Positions 40,541-49,177 of a DNA stretch of 58,297 nucleotides are shown in pieces; the stretch's first letter is position 1, and each line of letters starts with the position of its first letter. Below the pieces are notes generated by a model. The model searched no databases and was not told the DNA's origin. It worked only from the letters and a program-made list of their open reading frames with translations. Source of the stretch: a virus (Duplodnaviria > Caudoviricetes); IMG/VR virus record IMGVR_UViG_3300024255_002562, positions 1-58,297 of that record. One strand, 5' to 3'. Position numbers and translations under genes: made by a program.

Positions 40541-41460
40541 AAATTAAAATACTGGATTACAAAGCAATATTGGAAGAGCTGTCGATTTCTTTAGTAGCTT
40601 TGAAAGAATATCTCGATGGTGGCAGAAAAGATGTCTTGCATAATACTGATATCTTCTGTGAAAACGTGCGGACAATAAATTTAGTAGAAAAAGACTTTTC
40701 GTTATTCAGTAGAGTGGACTCTATCGATAGTGATACGGTCGTCGTTTTTCCGATTTATTTAGAGTTGTTTGAGTTTCTTGGTTTGCATGAAAATGTAAAA
40801 CGCTCTATAGAGATTTATTCGAGTAGGTATCCCGATAACAAGGTTGTGTTCTTTTGGAATCACGATAGGGATTTTAAGGATTATAACGAGACGACGCTTA
40901 AGAATAAAAACTGTAGAGTTATCAATTATAACACGTCTGAAAAAACTGGCAATGATATTGTAGTTCCATTTTGGACGATGGAAGACATAGCTCCAATAAA
41001 AGAAGAAAAGCAAATATATTGTTCTTTTATTGGAAGAATGACTCATGAGACAAGACGACTAATCGCAAGAAAAATAATAGAGTACGATTCTCCAAAATTT
41101 CAATACTTTAATTCGTTGGCGTATAATGAATATAGAAAAAAGCTGTCACAAACGAAATTTAGCTTATGCCCCCGTGGTGCAGGCTTGTCTAGCTATAGAT
41201 TTTTTGAATGTATTCACGCTAATACTATTCCAGTTCTTATAGCTGATAGTGTCGTACTGCCATATCAAGATGAATTGGACTATTCGAAGTTTTCCGTTAG
41301 AGTTCTAGAAAAGGATGCAGGTAATCTGGAGTTGATGTATTCTTCCTTTAAGAGTTTAGATTACGATTCTTTGATGATGAACTTAAATCAGGTAAGGAAT
41401 AATTTTTCATTACCATTCATACAAAAATATATACATGATGAACTAAGGAAAAGCAAATGA
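40537..41460 (+). CDS. exostosin (GT47) family glycosyltransferase
   Basis: SFIG..THETR, KFSLCPRGAG.SSYRFFECI.ANTIPVLIAD..VLPY...LDYSKFSV. Confidence 0.88.
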   Translation: MKIKILDYKAILEELSISLVALKEYLDGGRKDVLHNTDIFCENVRTINLVEKDFSLFSRVDSIDSDTVVVFPIYLELFEFLGLHENVKRSIEIYSSRYPDNKVVFFWNHDRDFKDYNETTLKNKNCRVINYNTSEKTGNDIVVPFWTMEDIAPIKEEKQIYCSFIGRMTHETRRLIARKIIEYDSPKFQYFNSLAYNEYRKKLSQTKFSLCPRGAGLSSYRFFECIHANTIPVLIADSVVLPYQDELDYSKFSVRVLEKDAGNLELMYSSFKSLDYDSLMMNLNQVRNNFSLPFIQKYIHDELRKSK

Positions 41461-42275
41461 TTCCTGTGATTTTAATCCATAAAGGATATCAAAGTTATTT
41501 ACAGTACAGTTTAAAACAGGCTTCACAAAAAAATCCGGTATTCTTCGTTGGAGATACAGAACCGAAGATAGATGGTTGTGATTTCAACTATGTTGCACAG
41601 TCTGAGCTAATGGATGGGTTAAGTGAATTTAGTAATATATACGTGCATCTAAACACGACTCCTCCAGATTATGAGCTGTTTTGTTATACCAGATGGTTCA
41701 TATTAAGAAATTTCATGAAGATTTATGGGTTTTCAAAAGTATTCTATATAGATTCTGATGTTTTGTTTTTTGAGAACGCTGAAAAAGAATGGAGTAAGTT
41801 TGATCAGTATGATATGACTTTATTACATAGAACGGCTGGGATTTCGTCTTTTGTAACCTTAGAAGGTATTGATAATTTTTGCAATATGTTAATGGAAATT
41901 TATTCAAAAAAAGAAGGATATCACTTTAATAAAATACGATCTCATGCAGATGTAAGACGTAGATTCGGACTTCCCGGAGGCGTTTGCGATATGACATTAT
42001 TAGAATATTTTCATTATCATTCAGAGTTTGGCGGTGGACCGGGAAGGGTAGGAGAGATGATGACGATAATCGAAGGATCAACATATGATCATAATGTGAA
42101 TGTTCCAGATCAAGGATTTGAGTTCGAGAACGGTATGAAAAAACTTAAAGTGCTTGACGGAGAAGTTTTTGTTTACAATCACAGACTTAAGCAAAATATT
42201 AAATTTAATTCTATTCACTTTCAAGGTGGAGCAAAAAGTAATATGGGAGATATTTATGACCGCATGGTACGATGA
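41457..42275 (+). CDS. GT-A glycosyltransferase-like protein
   Basis: ELFCYTRWF, FYIDSDVL, CDMTLL, IHFQGGAK. Confidence 0.7.
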   Translation: MIPVILIHKGYQSYLQYSLKQASQKNPVFFVGDTEPKIDGCDFNYVAQSELMDGLSEFSNIYVHLNTTPPDYELFCYTRWFILRNFMKIYGFSKVFYIDSDVLFFENAEKEWSKFDQYDMTLLHRTAGISSFVTLEGIDNFCNMLMEIYSKKEGYHFNKIRSHADVRRRFGLPGGVCDMTLLEYFHYHSEFGGGPGRVGEMMTIIEGSTYDHNVNVPDQGFEFENGMKKLKVLDGEVFVYNHRLKQNIKFNSIHFQGGAKSNMGDIYDRMVR

Positions 42276-42846
42276 AAAAATGCCAGAAAAAATGATGCAG
42301 ACTAATTTTCCACATATCTTAGATTCTGATCACTTTGGTCCACTAGTGAGGTGTATTAATTCAATTCCTGTCGATGTTAGTAATTTAGTTGATTTAGGAT
42401 GTGGTAAGGCTGAAATTTCCGATGTATTTTTAGAATATGAATATTTCGGTGCTGATCTTCCTCATATTATTAAAAATGTTTCAAAAGTATTAAAACCTTC
42501 GTTAAATTACATTGAGTTTGACGCTATAATAGATAGCATGGATTTTGTTTCTTCTTTTGATGTAGTTCTCATGAATAGTTTTTTGAGCGAGATCGAATCT
42601 GCCGACGATGTGTTACGCAAAGTTTTAAAGCACGCACCAAGATATGTTGTAATACATCGGCAAGAAATAGAGGATAAAATGGGAATAGAAGAGTATATAA
42701 CGTATGGCGGACTAAAGACGATAAAATACATTTTTGGAAAACGTCAGCTTGAGGAAATACTTGAGGAATATGGGTTCAACATTTTTTTTGAAACGAAGTT
42801 TTTGTATACTATGAATAGTTTTGTATTAGAAAGGATATCACAGTGA
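42256..42846 (+). CDS. class I SAM-dependent methyltransferase
   Basis: LVDLGCGKA, YFGAD, FDVV; start likely ATG 42256. Confidence 0.8.
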   Translation: MTAWYDEKMPEKMMQTNFPHILDSDHFGPLVRCINSIPVDVSNLVDLGCGKAEISDVFLEYEYFGADLPHIIKNVSKVLKPSLNYIEFDAIIDSMDFVSSFDVVLMNSFLSEIESADDVLRKVLKHAPRYVVIHRQEIEDKMGIEEYITYGGLKTIKYIFGKRQLEEILEEYGFNIFFETKFLYTMNSFVLERISQ

Positions 42847-43559
42847 CAGAGCTTTTAAAAGAGTTTGCCGCTTTATATGAGTCTCGTCCGATAAAGGATA
42901 ATGATGGCGGCATGAAGTCCGGACATATGTTTCATGCTTGGTCTATTGTTAAAAAATTGCAGCCAAAAACTTTAATTGAAAGTGGTGTATGGAAGGGGTT
43001 AGGGACTTGGTTTTTTGAACAAGCTAGTCCATCCACTAATATAATTTCAATAGACCCTGATTTATCAAATAGGCAATACATTAGTCCGACAGTTGACTAC
43101 AGGACAGAGGATTTTTTGACTACGGATTGGTCAGAAATAGACAAAGAAAATTCTCTTGTATTTTTTGACGATCATCAGAATTGTATTCCAAGATTAAAAA
43201 AATGTAAAGAGCTTGGGTTTAAGAAAATTGTCATTGAGGATAATTACCCTTGGCAGCAAGGTGATTGTTATTCACCTAAAAAAATATATTCAAATAGAGA
43301 CTACATTATAGATAGTGGCGGCATTAGAAAAACTCATAAAAGAAAAGTAGATGATTATAAGTTTTTAATAGATAATATTAAAGTGTATAAAGAAATGCCT
43401 CCAATTTTTAAACCTCAAAAGACTAGATGGGGTGATGACTGGAATGATGAATATCCAACACCTTCTCCGGTATTAGAGTTATCTACCTCTAATGAGTACC
43501 CAGTATTTTTCGATGAGAGATTTGACTATACTTGGATTTGTTATTTGGAGTTAGTATGA
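42843..43559 (+). CDS. methyltransferase-like conserved protein
   Basis: LIESGVWKG, ISIDP, VFFDDH, EDNY. Confidence 0.6.
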   Translation: MTELLKEFAALYESRPIKDNDGGMKSGHMFHAWSIVKKLQPKTLIESGVWKGLGTWFFEQASPSTNIISIDPDLSNRQYISPTVDYRTEDFLTTDWSEIDKENSLVFFDDHQNCIPRLKKCKELGFKKIVIEDNYPWQQGDCYSPKKIYSNRDYIIDSGGIRKTHKRKVDDYKFLIDNIKVYKEMPPIFKPQKTRWGDDWNDEYPTPSPVLELSTSNEYPVFFDERFDYTWICYLELV

Positions 43560-44464
43560 TCAGTTTGTTTAATATAAATAATTATATGGTAGATACTAAC
43601 TTGTTTAGTAATTTACTGCATGACGAAATAGTTTTTGATTTTGAGCAAAATTTTGCAGAATACGTAGGAGCTAAGTATGCTTGTTTTGCGAATAGTGCTT
43701 CTAGTTTATTATTCTTATCTTTGTTAAATCGCGATACGACGATACGACTGCCAAGTACGATACCTCCAGTAGTTCCAAATATAGTGGTCAATACTGGCAA
43801 CGAGATACAGTTTTATGATAATATTGAATGGGTAGGGAGTTCATATCATTTGCATGAAAATATTTTTGATTCAGCACAAGAAGTTACACGGAATCAGTAT
43901 AAGAAAATGAACGATCCTAATGCGTTAGTTGTATTTAGTTTTTACCCAACTAAGCCAGTAGGAGGATGTGATGGAGGAATGATTGTTTCTGACAATAAAG
44001 AATTGATTGACTGGTATCGTATGATGGTACTTAATGGGATGAGTCACTCAAATAACAACTGGGAAAGAAGACAGGTTACTGCTGGATACAAAATGCATGG
44101 AACTTCAATTCAAGCTTATATAGCGAATGAGAACCTTAAAAAACTAGACGATAAGAACAATAGGTTGGACGAAATAAGGGGTTTATACAACAAACATCTT
44201 GGGTATGAGAATACAAGTAGGCATCTTTATAGAATAAGAGTAAAGGATAATGCTTCTTTTTTACTGTTTATGAAACAGAAGGGTATCGTGTGTGGAATTC
44301 ATTATAAACATTGTCACGAAAAACCATTTTATGGAAAATTTCAGGACTTGCAATTATCAAGAATGGAATCAAATAGAACAGTAAGTATACCATATCATGA
44401 GAAATTAACAAGCGTCCAAATAAAAAAGGTTATAGAATATGTTAACAAATTTAAAAATAATTAA
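43556..44464 (+). CDS. DegT/DnrJ/EryC1/StrS sugar aminotransferase
   Basis: FEQNFAEYVGAKYA, DSAQ, FSFYPTKPVGGCDGG; start likely ATG 43556. Confidence 0.9.
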   Translation: MISLFNINNYMVDTNLFSNLLHDEIVFDFEQNFAEYVGAKYACFANSASSLLFLSLLNRDTTIRLPSTIPPVVPNIVVNTGNEIQFYDNIEWVGSSYHLHENIFDSAQEVTRNQYKKMNDPNALVVFSFYPTKPVGGCDGGMIVSDNKELIDWYRMMVLNGMSHSNNNWERRQVTAGYKMHGTSIQAYIANENLKKLDDKNNRLDEIRGLYNKHLGYENTSRHLYRIRVKDNASFLLFMKQKGIVCGIHYKHCHEKPFYGKFQDLQLSRMESNRTVSIPYHEKLTSVQIKKVIEYVNKFKNN

Positions 44465-44819
44465 AGATAATGATGGGACTCTCGTTCCAATAGAGTTTAG
44501 CGACCTACCTTTTGATCCAAAGAGAATTTTTTATGTAAGTGATGTTCCAAAAGGAGAAGAAAGAGGATGTCATGCTCATTTTGAGACACGTCAGCTACTA
44601 ATCTGCTTACAAGGGGTGATTTTGGTTAAGCTCCATGATGGTAAAGAGTTAAGAGATTTTAAACTTTATCCTAACGAGTCAGTATTGGTAGAAAAAATGA
44701 TATGGGATTCACAAGTGTTCAAAACTGGTAGAGATGTTCTTCTTTCGATTTGTTCGACTAACTATGATCCATCTGATTACATAGAGGATTTTAAAGAATT
44801 TTTAAGGATTAGCAAATGA
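44439..44819 (+). CDS. dTDP-6-deoxy-3,4-keto-hexulose isomerase (FdtA/QdtA cupin)
   Basis: GTLVPIE, PFDPKRIFYV, RGCHAH, YDPSDYIED. Confidence 0.9.
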   Translation: MLTNLKIIKDNDGTLVPIEFSDLPFDPKRIFYVSDVPKGEERGCHAHFETRQLLICLQGVILVKLHDGKELRDFKLYPNESVLVEKMIWDSQVFKTGRDVLLSICSTNYDPSDYIEDFKEFLRISK

Positions 44820-45733
44820 AAATTTTATTAACAGGAGCAACAGGTTTTGTTGGGAATAATGTACTTAAAAGATTAATTAGTGAGAACAGAGATGTTACTC
44901 CAGTTGGTTCTAGACGTTATGATCTAAGGAGACAATGCGAGGTTGAAATGATGTTTAATCGAGTCAAACCATCGGTTGTCATTCATTTGGCGGGTTCTGT
45001 TGGGGGGATTGGTGCAAACAAAGAGAATCCCGGCAAATTTATGTATGATAATTTGATTATGGGAACTAATATGATTCATCAGGCATCAATAAGTAATGTA
45101 AAAAAATTTATACAAATAGGAACCGTATGTGCTTATCCTAAAATAACGCCTATCCCATTTAAGGAAAATAATCTTTGGAACGGATATCCTGAAGAAACTA
45201 ATGCTCCATACGGATTAGCTAAAAGAGTAATGGGTATATTACTTAAATCATATAATGAACAATATAGTTTTCAAGGAACTCATCTTATACCTGTAAATAT
45301 GTATGGTCCATATGATCATTTTAATCTTACATCGAGTCATGTAATTCCTGCTCTTATTTTAAAAGTTCATCAAGCTATTAATAATGGAGACAAAGAGATA
45401 ACGTTATGGGGAACAGGAGTAGCTACAAGAGAGTTTTTGTATGTTGATGATTTTGCGGAAGCGATATCTCTTTCAATAGATACTCCTACAAACACTGATC
45501 CTATTAACATTGGGACAGGTAAAGAAATAAGCATTGACTCTTTGATTAAGACAATATGTGATGTAATGAACTACGATGGCAATATTGTTTATGACACATC
45601 TAAACCAGATGGTCAACCAAGAAGATGTTTAGATACGTCAGAAGCAAAAAGTCGTATGGGATTTACAGCCAAAACAGGACTTAGAGAAGGTTTGATTAAA
45701 ACAGTAGAATACTTTAGGAGAACAAATGCTTGA
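44816..45733 (+). CDS. fcl: GDP-L-fucose synthase
   Basis: GATGFVG, HLAGSVGGIGAN, GTVCAYP, YGLAK, PVNMYGP, SHVIPAL, WGTG..TREFLYVDD, KPDGQPRR. Confidence 0.95.
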   Translation: MKILLTGATGFVGNNVLKRLISENRDVTPVGSRRYDLRRQCEVEMMFNRVKPSVVIHLAGSVGGIGANKENPGKFMYDNLIMGTNMIHQASISNVKKFIQIGTVCAYPKITPIPFKENNLWNGYPEETNAPYGLAKRVMGILLKSYNEQYSFQGTHLIPVNMYGPYDHFNLTSSHVIPALILKVHQAINNGDKEITLWGTGVATREFLYVDDFAEAISLSIDTPTNTDPINIGTGKEISIDSLIKTICDVMNYDGNIVYDTSKPDGQPRRCLDTSEAKSRMGFTAKTGLREGLIKTVEYFRRTNA

Positions 45734-45845
45734 AAAAATAAAAACAGCAGCAATATTGATACTGTTTCTACCTTTCATTATTTTTAGTGGAGTAGTGTTC
45801 TATTCATTCGCGTTGATAGACTGGATAAAGGGTAATCGTATCTAA
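45726..45845 (+). CDS. small membrane protein (39 aa)
   Basis: Hand-translated MLEKIKTAAILILFLPFIIFSGVVFYSFALIDWIKGNRI; overlaps the fcl stop. Confidence 0.45.
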   Translation: MLEKIKTAAILILFLPFIIFSGVVFYSFALIDWIKGNRI

Positions 45846-46183
45846 TCTTTGATCATATTCTCTAAAATCTTAGCGACAACCCATTTAATAATATAAGAAA
45901 TAATCCAACTAATAACCCAAGCTTGAACAAACCCTACAGGCTGTCCTTCATCGTCCTTGTAATAGTCATTGAGGTTTCGTTCGATGTATGCGGTTGCTTC
46001 TCTTCGTAATTCCTTTTTCTTGCTTCTTCTTTTACCTGTTACTCTATTAGACCATACGCATCCAAGCTTTGCAACGTCTTTTAGAATAGTAGTCTTTAGT
46101 TCAGAGTCTTTTCCGGAAACAACATCATGGATTCCTGCGTCCATTAGGATTTCTCTGTATAGTTCTTCGTTATATAATTCCAT
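45842..46183 (-). CDS. hypothetical protein with hydrophobic C-terminus
   Basis: 113 aa ORF converging on the plus-strand island. Confidence 0.6.
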   Translation of the reverse strand: MELYNEELYREILMDAGIHDVVSGKDSELKTTILKDVAKLGCVWSNRVTGKRRSKKKELRREATAYIERNLNDYYKDDEGQPVGFVQAWVISWIISYIIKWVVAKILENMIKD

Positions 46184-46616
46184 CTTCTTCTACCTCTATT
46201 AGTTGAATGTGAGCTTCTTTTAGTAATTTTCTTGATTTTGCGAATGATTCTTCCCATTTGCCACCTTTGTAGATAGGGCAGATAATCTTAGTTATTCCTG
46301 ATTGAATGATTATAGGGGAGCATTTATGACATGGCATCATGGGGTATGTGTAGAGCGTATTGAATGTTAAATATCTTTTTGCTCGTAAAATAGCGTTCAT
46401 TTCTGCATGTATGACCAATTCGAGTTTTTCTTCCCTCAAGTCCAGCCTATGATCGTCTTCAACACCCTCTGGAAATCCATTAAATCCTAGTGATATAAGT
46501 TCTTTTCCGTCAGCGATGACCGCACCAACCTGTGTCGATGGGTCTTTTGACCAATCGCTTACTTCTTTAGCCAGCTTGAGCCATCTTTTATGCCACTTGT
46601 TTAATTCATCTGTCAT
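46170..46616 (-). CDS. dCMP deaminase
   Basis: SKDPSTQVGAVI, GFNG, HAEMNAI, PCHKC. Confidence 0.95.
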   Translation of the reverse strand: MTDELNKWHKRWLKLAKEVSDWSKDPSTQVGAVIADGKELISLGFNGFPEGVEDDHRLDLREEKLELVIHAEMNAILRAKRYLTFNTLYTYPMMPCHKCSPIIIQSGITKIICPIYKGGKWEESFAKSRKLLKEAHIQLIEVEEDGII

Positions 46617-47160
46617 ACTTGTCCTCTAGTCTAACAATATCTTCTTCGTTACAAAACCCATACTGCATTTCTCGAATAATCAAAGTCTCTGTTCCTTCAT
46701 TTCTTACGTTATGAATGTGGTGCTTTAGAATGATAGTGCTGTCACCACTTTTGATAGGTCTCTCTTTGCCTTCTAGCTGCAAGACTCCCTCCCCTGACAC
46801 TACATGCCAAAACTCTCCTCGAAGTGCATGATACTGCAAGGAGAGCCGTTCTCCGGGGTCTACATGAATCTCTTTGAACACTGTTGCGTCATCTCGATAG
46901 AAGTCAATGTATTTTCCCCAAGGTTTTTTGATCGTTTTGTGTTGCCTTTTTCCCCACTCTGCAAAATGATTAACAATAACACCAAAGAGAAAAAAAACAA
47001 TTGCGGTCCTGATCATTTCTGCTGATCCACCTAAGTAATCTTGCATTTGATAGGTGATAGTATAGTTCTCATCATAAGTGTATGCTATAATATCAAGCAA
47101 CATCAATATGATTCCAGAGAAAGCGGCGAAAGCCATAAGTGAGGCTGGTTTAATTTTCAT
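46606..47160 (-). CDS. mannose-6-phosphate isomerase type II cupin with N-terminal TM segments
   Basis: KPWG, VDPGERLSLQYH..RGEFW, E.QYG...EEDIVRLED.Y.R; two N-terminal TM helices. Confidence 0.8.
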   Translation of the reverse strand: MKIKPASLMAFAAFSGIILMLLDIIAYTYDENYTITYQMQDYLGGSAEMIRTAIVFFLFGVIVNHFAEWGKRQHKTIKKPWGKYIDFYRDDATVFKEIHVDPGERLSLQYHALRGEFWHVVSGEGVLQLEGKERPIKSGDSTIILKHHIHNVRNEGTETLIIREMQYGFCNEEDIVRLEDKYDR

Positions 47161-47399
47161 ACCGTTTTCCCTTTTTCTTTATTATCTTTGATATCAAAGT
47201 ATTTATCCATGAATCTATCAAAGGTATTAGCGTGACGTAAGTTTTTTCTAATCATACTTAGTAACTCCTTTGGAAAGCATAGCATACCTTTTTCTTCGAA
47301 TTTTTCAAGACTAATTTGTTTATTAACACTTCCTTTATTGACAAAAACTCCGCTCTTTTTGAGAGACAGGGTCCAATCTTCCATTTTAACTTGAGACAT
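47157..47399 (-). CDS. hypothetical protein
   Basis: 80 aa ORF overlapping neighbours. Confidence 0.5.
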   Translation of the reverse strand: MSQVKMEDWTLSLKKSGVFVNKGSVNKQISLEKFEEKGMLCFPKELLSMIRKNLRHANTFDRFMDKYFDIKDNKEKGKTV

Positions 47400-47886
47400 A
47401 TTCCATCCATTCTTTTGGGGGGTTGTGTATGTTAAGCAAAGAAGATGGTTCTCTCGGCTTTCTAGTTAAAAACATTCCGCATTTTGCAATAGACTTATCT
47501 CCTTTGTTGTAGTTACAAGGCTTGCAGCAGGCGACCATGTTTTCCCAAGTGTTCGCTTCTTTTTTGTTTAAGAATTTACTTACAGGTGTAACATGATCAA
47601 TAGTTGCGTCTGACCTGTTTAAATCTATATTGCAATATTGACACTGATAGTTATCTCTAGAAAGAATCGTTCTCTTTGTAGGTATCCTGTTTTTGTGCGG
47701 ATTGATAAACTTTGGATAAACCATAACGGCAGGAAGGGCAAAACTTTTAGTTTCAGACCAGATGCTGTCTTCATAGTAAGAAAGGACTCTCATACCGTTA
47801 TCTTTAAAAGAAAGAAGAAGACCTCTTCTAACGTTAATAATGGTTAAAGGCTGGTAAGCCACATTTAAAATTAAAGTTCTTTTCAT
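47386..47886 (-). CDS. HNH endonuclease (McrA-like)
   Basis: LILNVAYQPL, RDNYQCQYC, TIDHV.P, WENMVACCKPCNYNKG. Confidence 0.92.
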   Translation of the reverse strand: MKRTLILNVAYQPLTIINVRRGLLLSFKDNGMRVLSYYEDSIWSETKSFALPAVMVYPKFINPHKNRIPTKRTILSRDNYQCQYCNIDLNRSDATIDHVTPVSKFLNKKEANTWENMVACCKPCNYNKGDKSIAKCGMFLTRKPREPSSLLNIHNPPKEWMEYVSS

Positions 47887-47897
47887 GCCTTTTTCTT

Positions 47898-48206
47898 TTA
47901 TTTGTATAGTTGGTACTTTTTAAGTTTGTCCCTAGTAGTTTGATCTATAATAGGTTCTGTTGCTATTGATGTTAATTGATTACCAATATCCGGCTCCCTA
48001 AATTCGAAGCATTTAATATTCTCACTTGTGAGGTATTCTTTGATCCTCTGAAGCCTTATTTCGCTCTTAGATTCGATCAGGATCACAGAAGGGTGTTCAC
48101 TCATCTTTTCTTTTGAAGCGACCTCAATGGCTGCGTGGCACGATTGTACAGCTATTTGAGACTTTGACAAGTCTTTTCTTGTAAAAATGTAAATATATGG
48201 ATGGTT
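47898..48206 (-). CDS. Pth2-like peptidyl-tRNA hydrolase domain (in frame after the NADAR amber stop)
   Basis: YIYIFTRKDLSKSQIAVQSCHAA...FREPDIGNQLTSIA; the first strand lies upstream of the TTG at 48170 with no ATG after the TAG at 48207-48209. Confidence 0.7.
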   Translation of the reverse strand, partial: NHPYIYIFTRKDLSKSQIAVQSCHAAIEVASKEKMSEHPSVILIESKSEIRLQRIKEYLTSENIKCFEFREPDIGNQLTSIATEPIIDQTTRDKLKKYQLYK

Positions 48207-48668
48207 CTATCGCATTTCTTTTCTCAATTTCATTAAACATTCCCCTAATAGGTTTTGACCCCAATCGTTTATATTATCTAAAGCTTCGTCTACTCCGAAT
48301 CCAATTCCCCATATTCTATCATACGGCGAAGCTTCTACAAGAATTTTATGTTCAGAAGCATCTAAAGCTTCTTTGAAAGGTTCACATTCTCTATATTTTC
48401 TTCTTAGAGAATTCATCATGGCTGTTTCTTTAAAGCCGTTCCATTCTTTTTCATTAAATCCGCTTACTTTTCTTCCTAATTTTTTAGCGTCTCTAGGATG
48501 AGAAGTTTTTATAATTGCTTTATACGAATCAGAGTCTTTAAAAAAAGCCGCTTTCTCTAGCATAAACCATTTTTCTGAAGTTTCTTTTGTGTCTACTTGG
48601 TAGAAGTTTGAAAAAACTCCTCCCCAAAAAAAGATGTAATTGTCTTTGTTCATAATCTTTCCTTGCAT
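48207..48668 (-). CDS. NADAR (YbiA-like) family protein
   Basis: FFWG.FSNFY, SEKWFMLEKAAFF, AKKLGRKV, LVEASPYDRIWGIG, GQNLLGECLM. Confidence 0.93.
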   Translation of the reverse strand: MQGKIMNKDNYIFFWGGVFSNFYQVDTKETSEKWFMLEKAAFFKDSDSYKAIIKTSHPRDAKKLGRKVSGFNEKEWNGFKETAMMNSLRRKYRECEPFKEALDASEHKILVEASPYDRIWGIGFGVDEALDNINDWGQNLLGECLMKLRKEMR

Positions 48669-48792
48669 CCTGTTATAAAAACTAGTGTCTTTTTGTAAAA
48701 TGATTTGAATGTAAATCTTTGCCCACTATAGGCTTACGTTATATAGGGGTCAGATGGATTCCCCAATTGGTTCTTCCTTCATATTAATGTAT

Positions 48793-48815
48793 AAAAAAAG
48801 CCGCATTTCTGCGGC
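48793..48815 (-). terminator. intrinsic terminator ending the Ro-like/RNA operon
   Basis: GCCGCA-GAAA-TGCGGC-TTTTTTT. Confidence 0.85.
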
Positions 48816-48817
48816 AA

Positions 48818-48889
48818 GTAGCGGAGGTGAGAATCGAACTCCTGTTTCTTGATAGGCAATCAAGCATAATACCATTATATCAATACTGC
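48818..48889 (-). tRNA. chimeric/pseudo tRNA-Gly(GCC)
   Basis: Anticodon arm CTTGA-TTGCCTA-TCAAG and T loop TTCGATT present; T stem and acceptor stem poorly paired. Confidence 0.6.
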
Positions 48890-48895
48890 TAAAAC

Positions 48896-48928
48896 TAGCC
48901 ACTTTTTTTGCTTTGCTGTAAGTGGCTA
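48896..48928 (-). ncRNA. CAGCAA stem RNA unit 1 (minimal)
   Basis: TAGCCAC-TTA-CAGCAA...GTGGCTA-G. Confidence 0.75.
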
Positions 48929-48956
48929 TATCCAATCTTTGATTGGTTTTAAAAAC

Positions 48957-49074
48957 AGAACACTATCGTCTAAATGACCGCTAATTCCTTTTCAGGTTGG
49001 TTATTTTTATATTAGCTCGTTACAGTTAAGCACGTCTTAGGGTCGTCATTTTAATATTTTGCTGCAAGTGTTCT
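48957..49074 (-). ncRNA. CAGCAA stem RNA unit 2 (multibranched insert)
   Basis: AGAACAC-TTG-CAGCAA...GTGTTCT-G; inner stems AAATGAC/GTCATTT and GCTAAT/ATTAGC. Confidence 0.75.
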
Positions 49075-49076
49075 AA

Positions 49077-49146
49077 TGCCGGTAAGGGGAATTGAACCAC
49101 CTATCTCGCCCCTAGATGAGACGTGTTTTACTTACACTATACCGGC
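49077..49146 (-). tRNA. non-canonical tRNA-like RNA, anticodon loop CAUCUAG (copy A)
   Basis: GCCGGTA/TACCGGC acceptor, 5-nt D loop without GG, CGTCT-CATCTAG-GGGCG, T loop TTCAATT. Confidence 0.7.
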
Positions 49147-49177
49147 TTGTGCTAGTCTCTCCTAGCAGTCACGTTTC

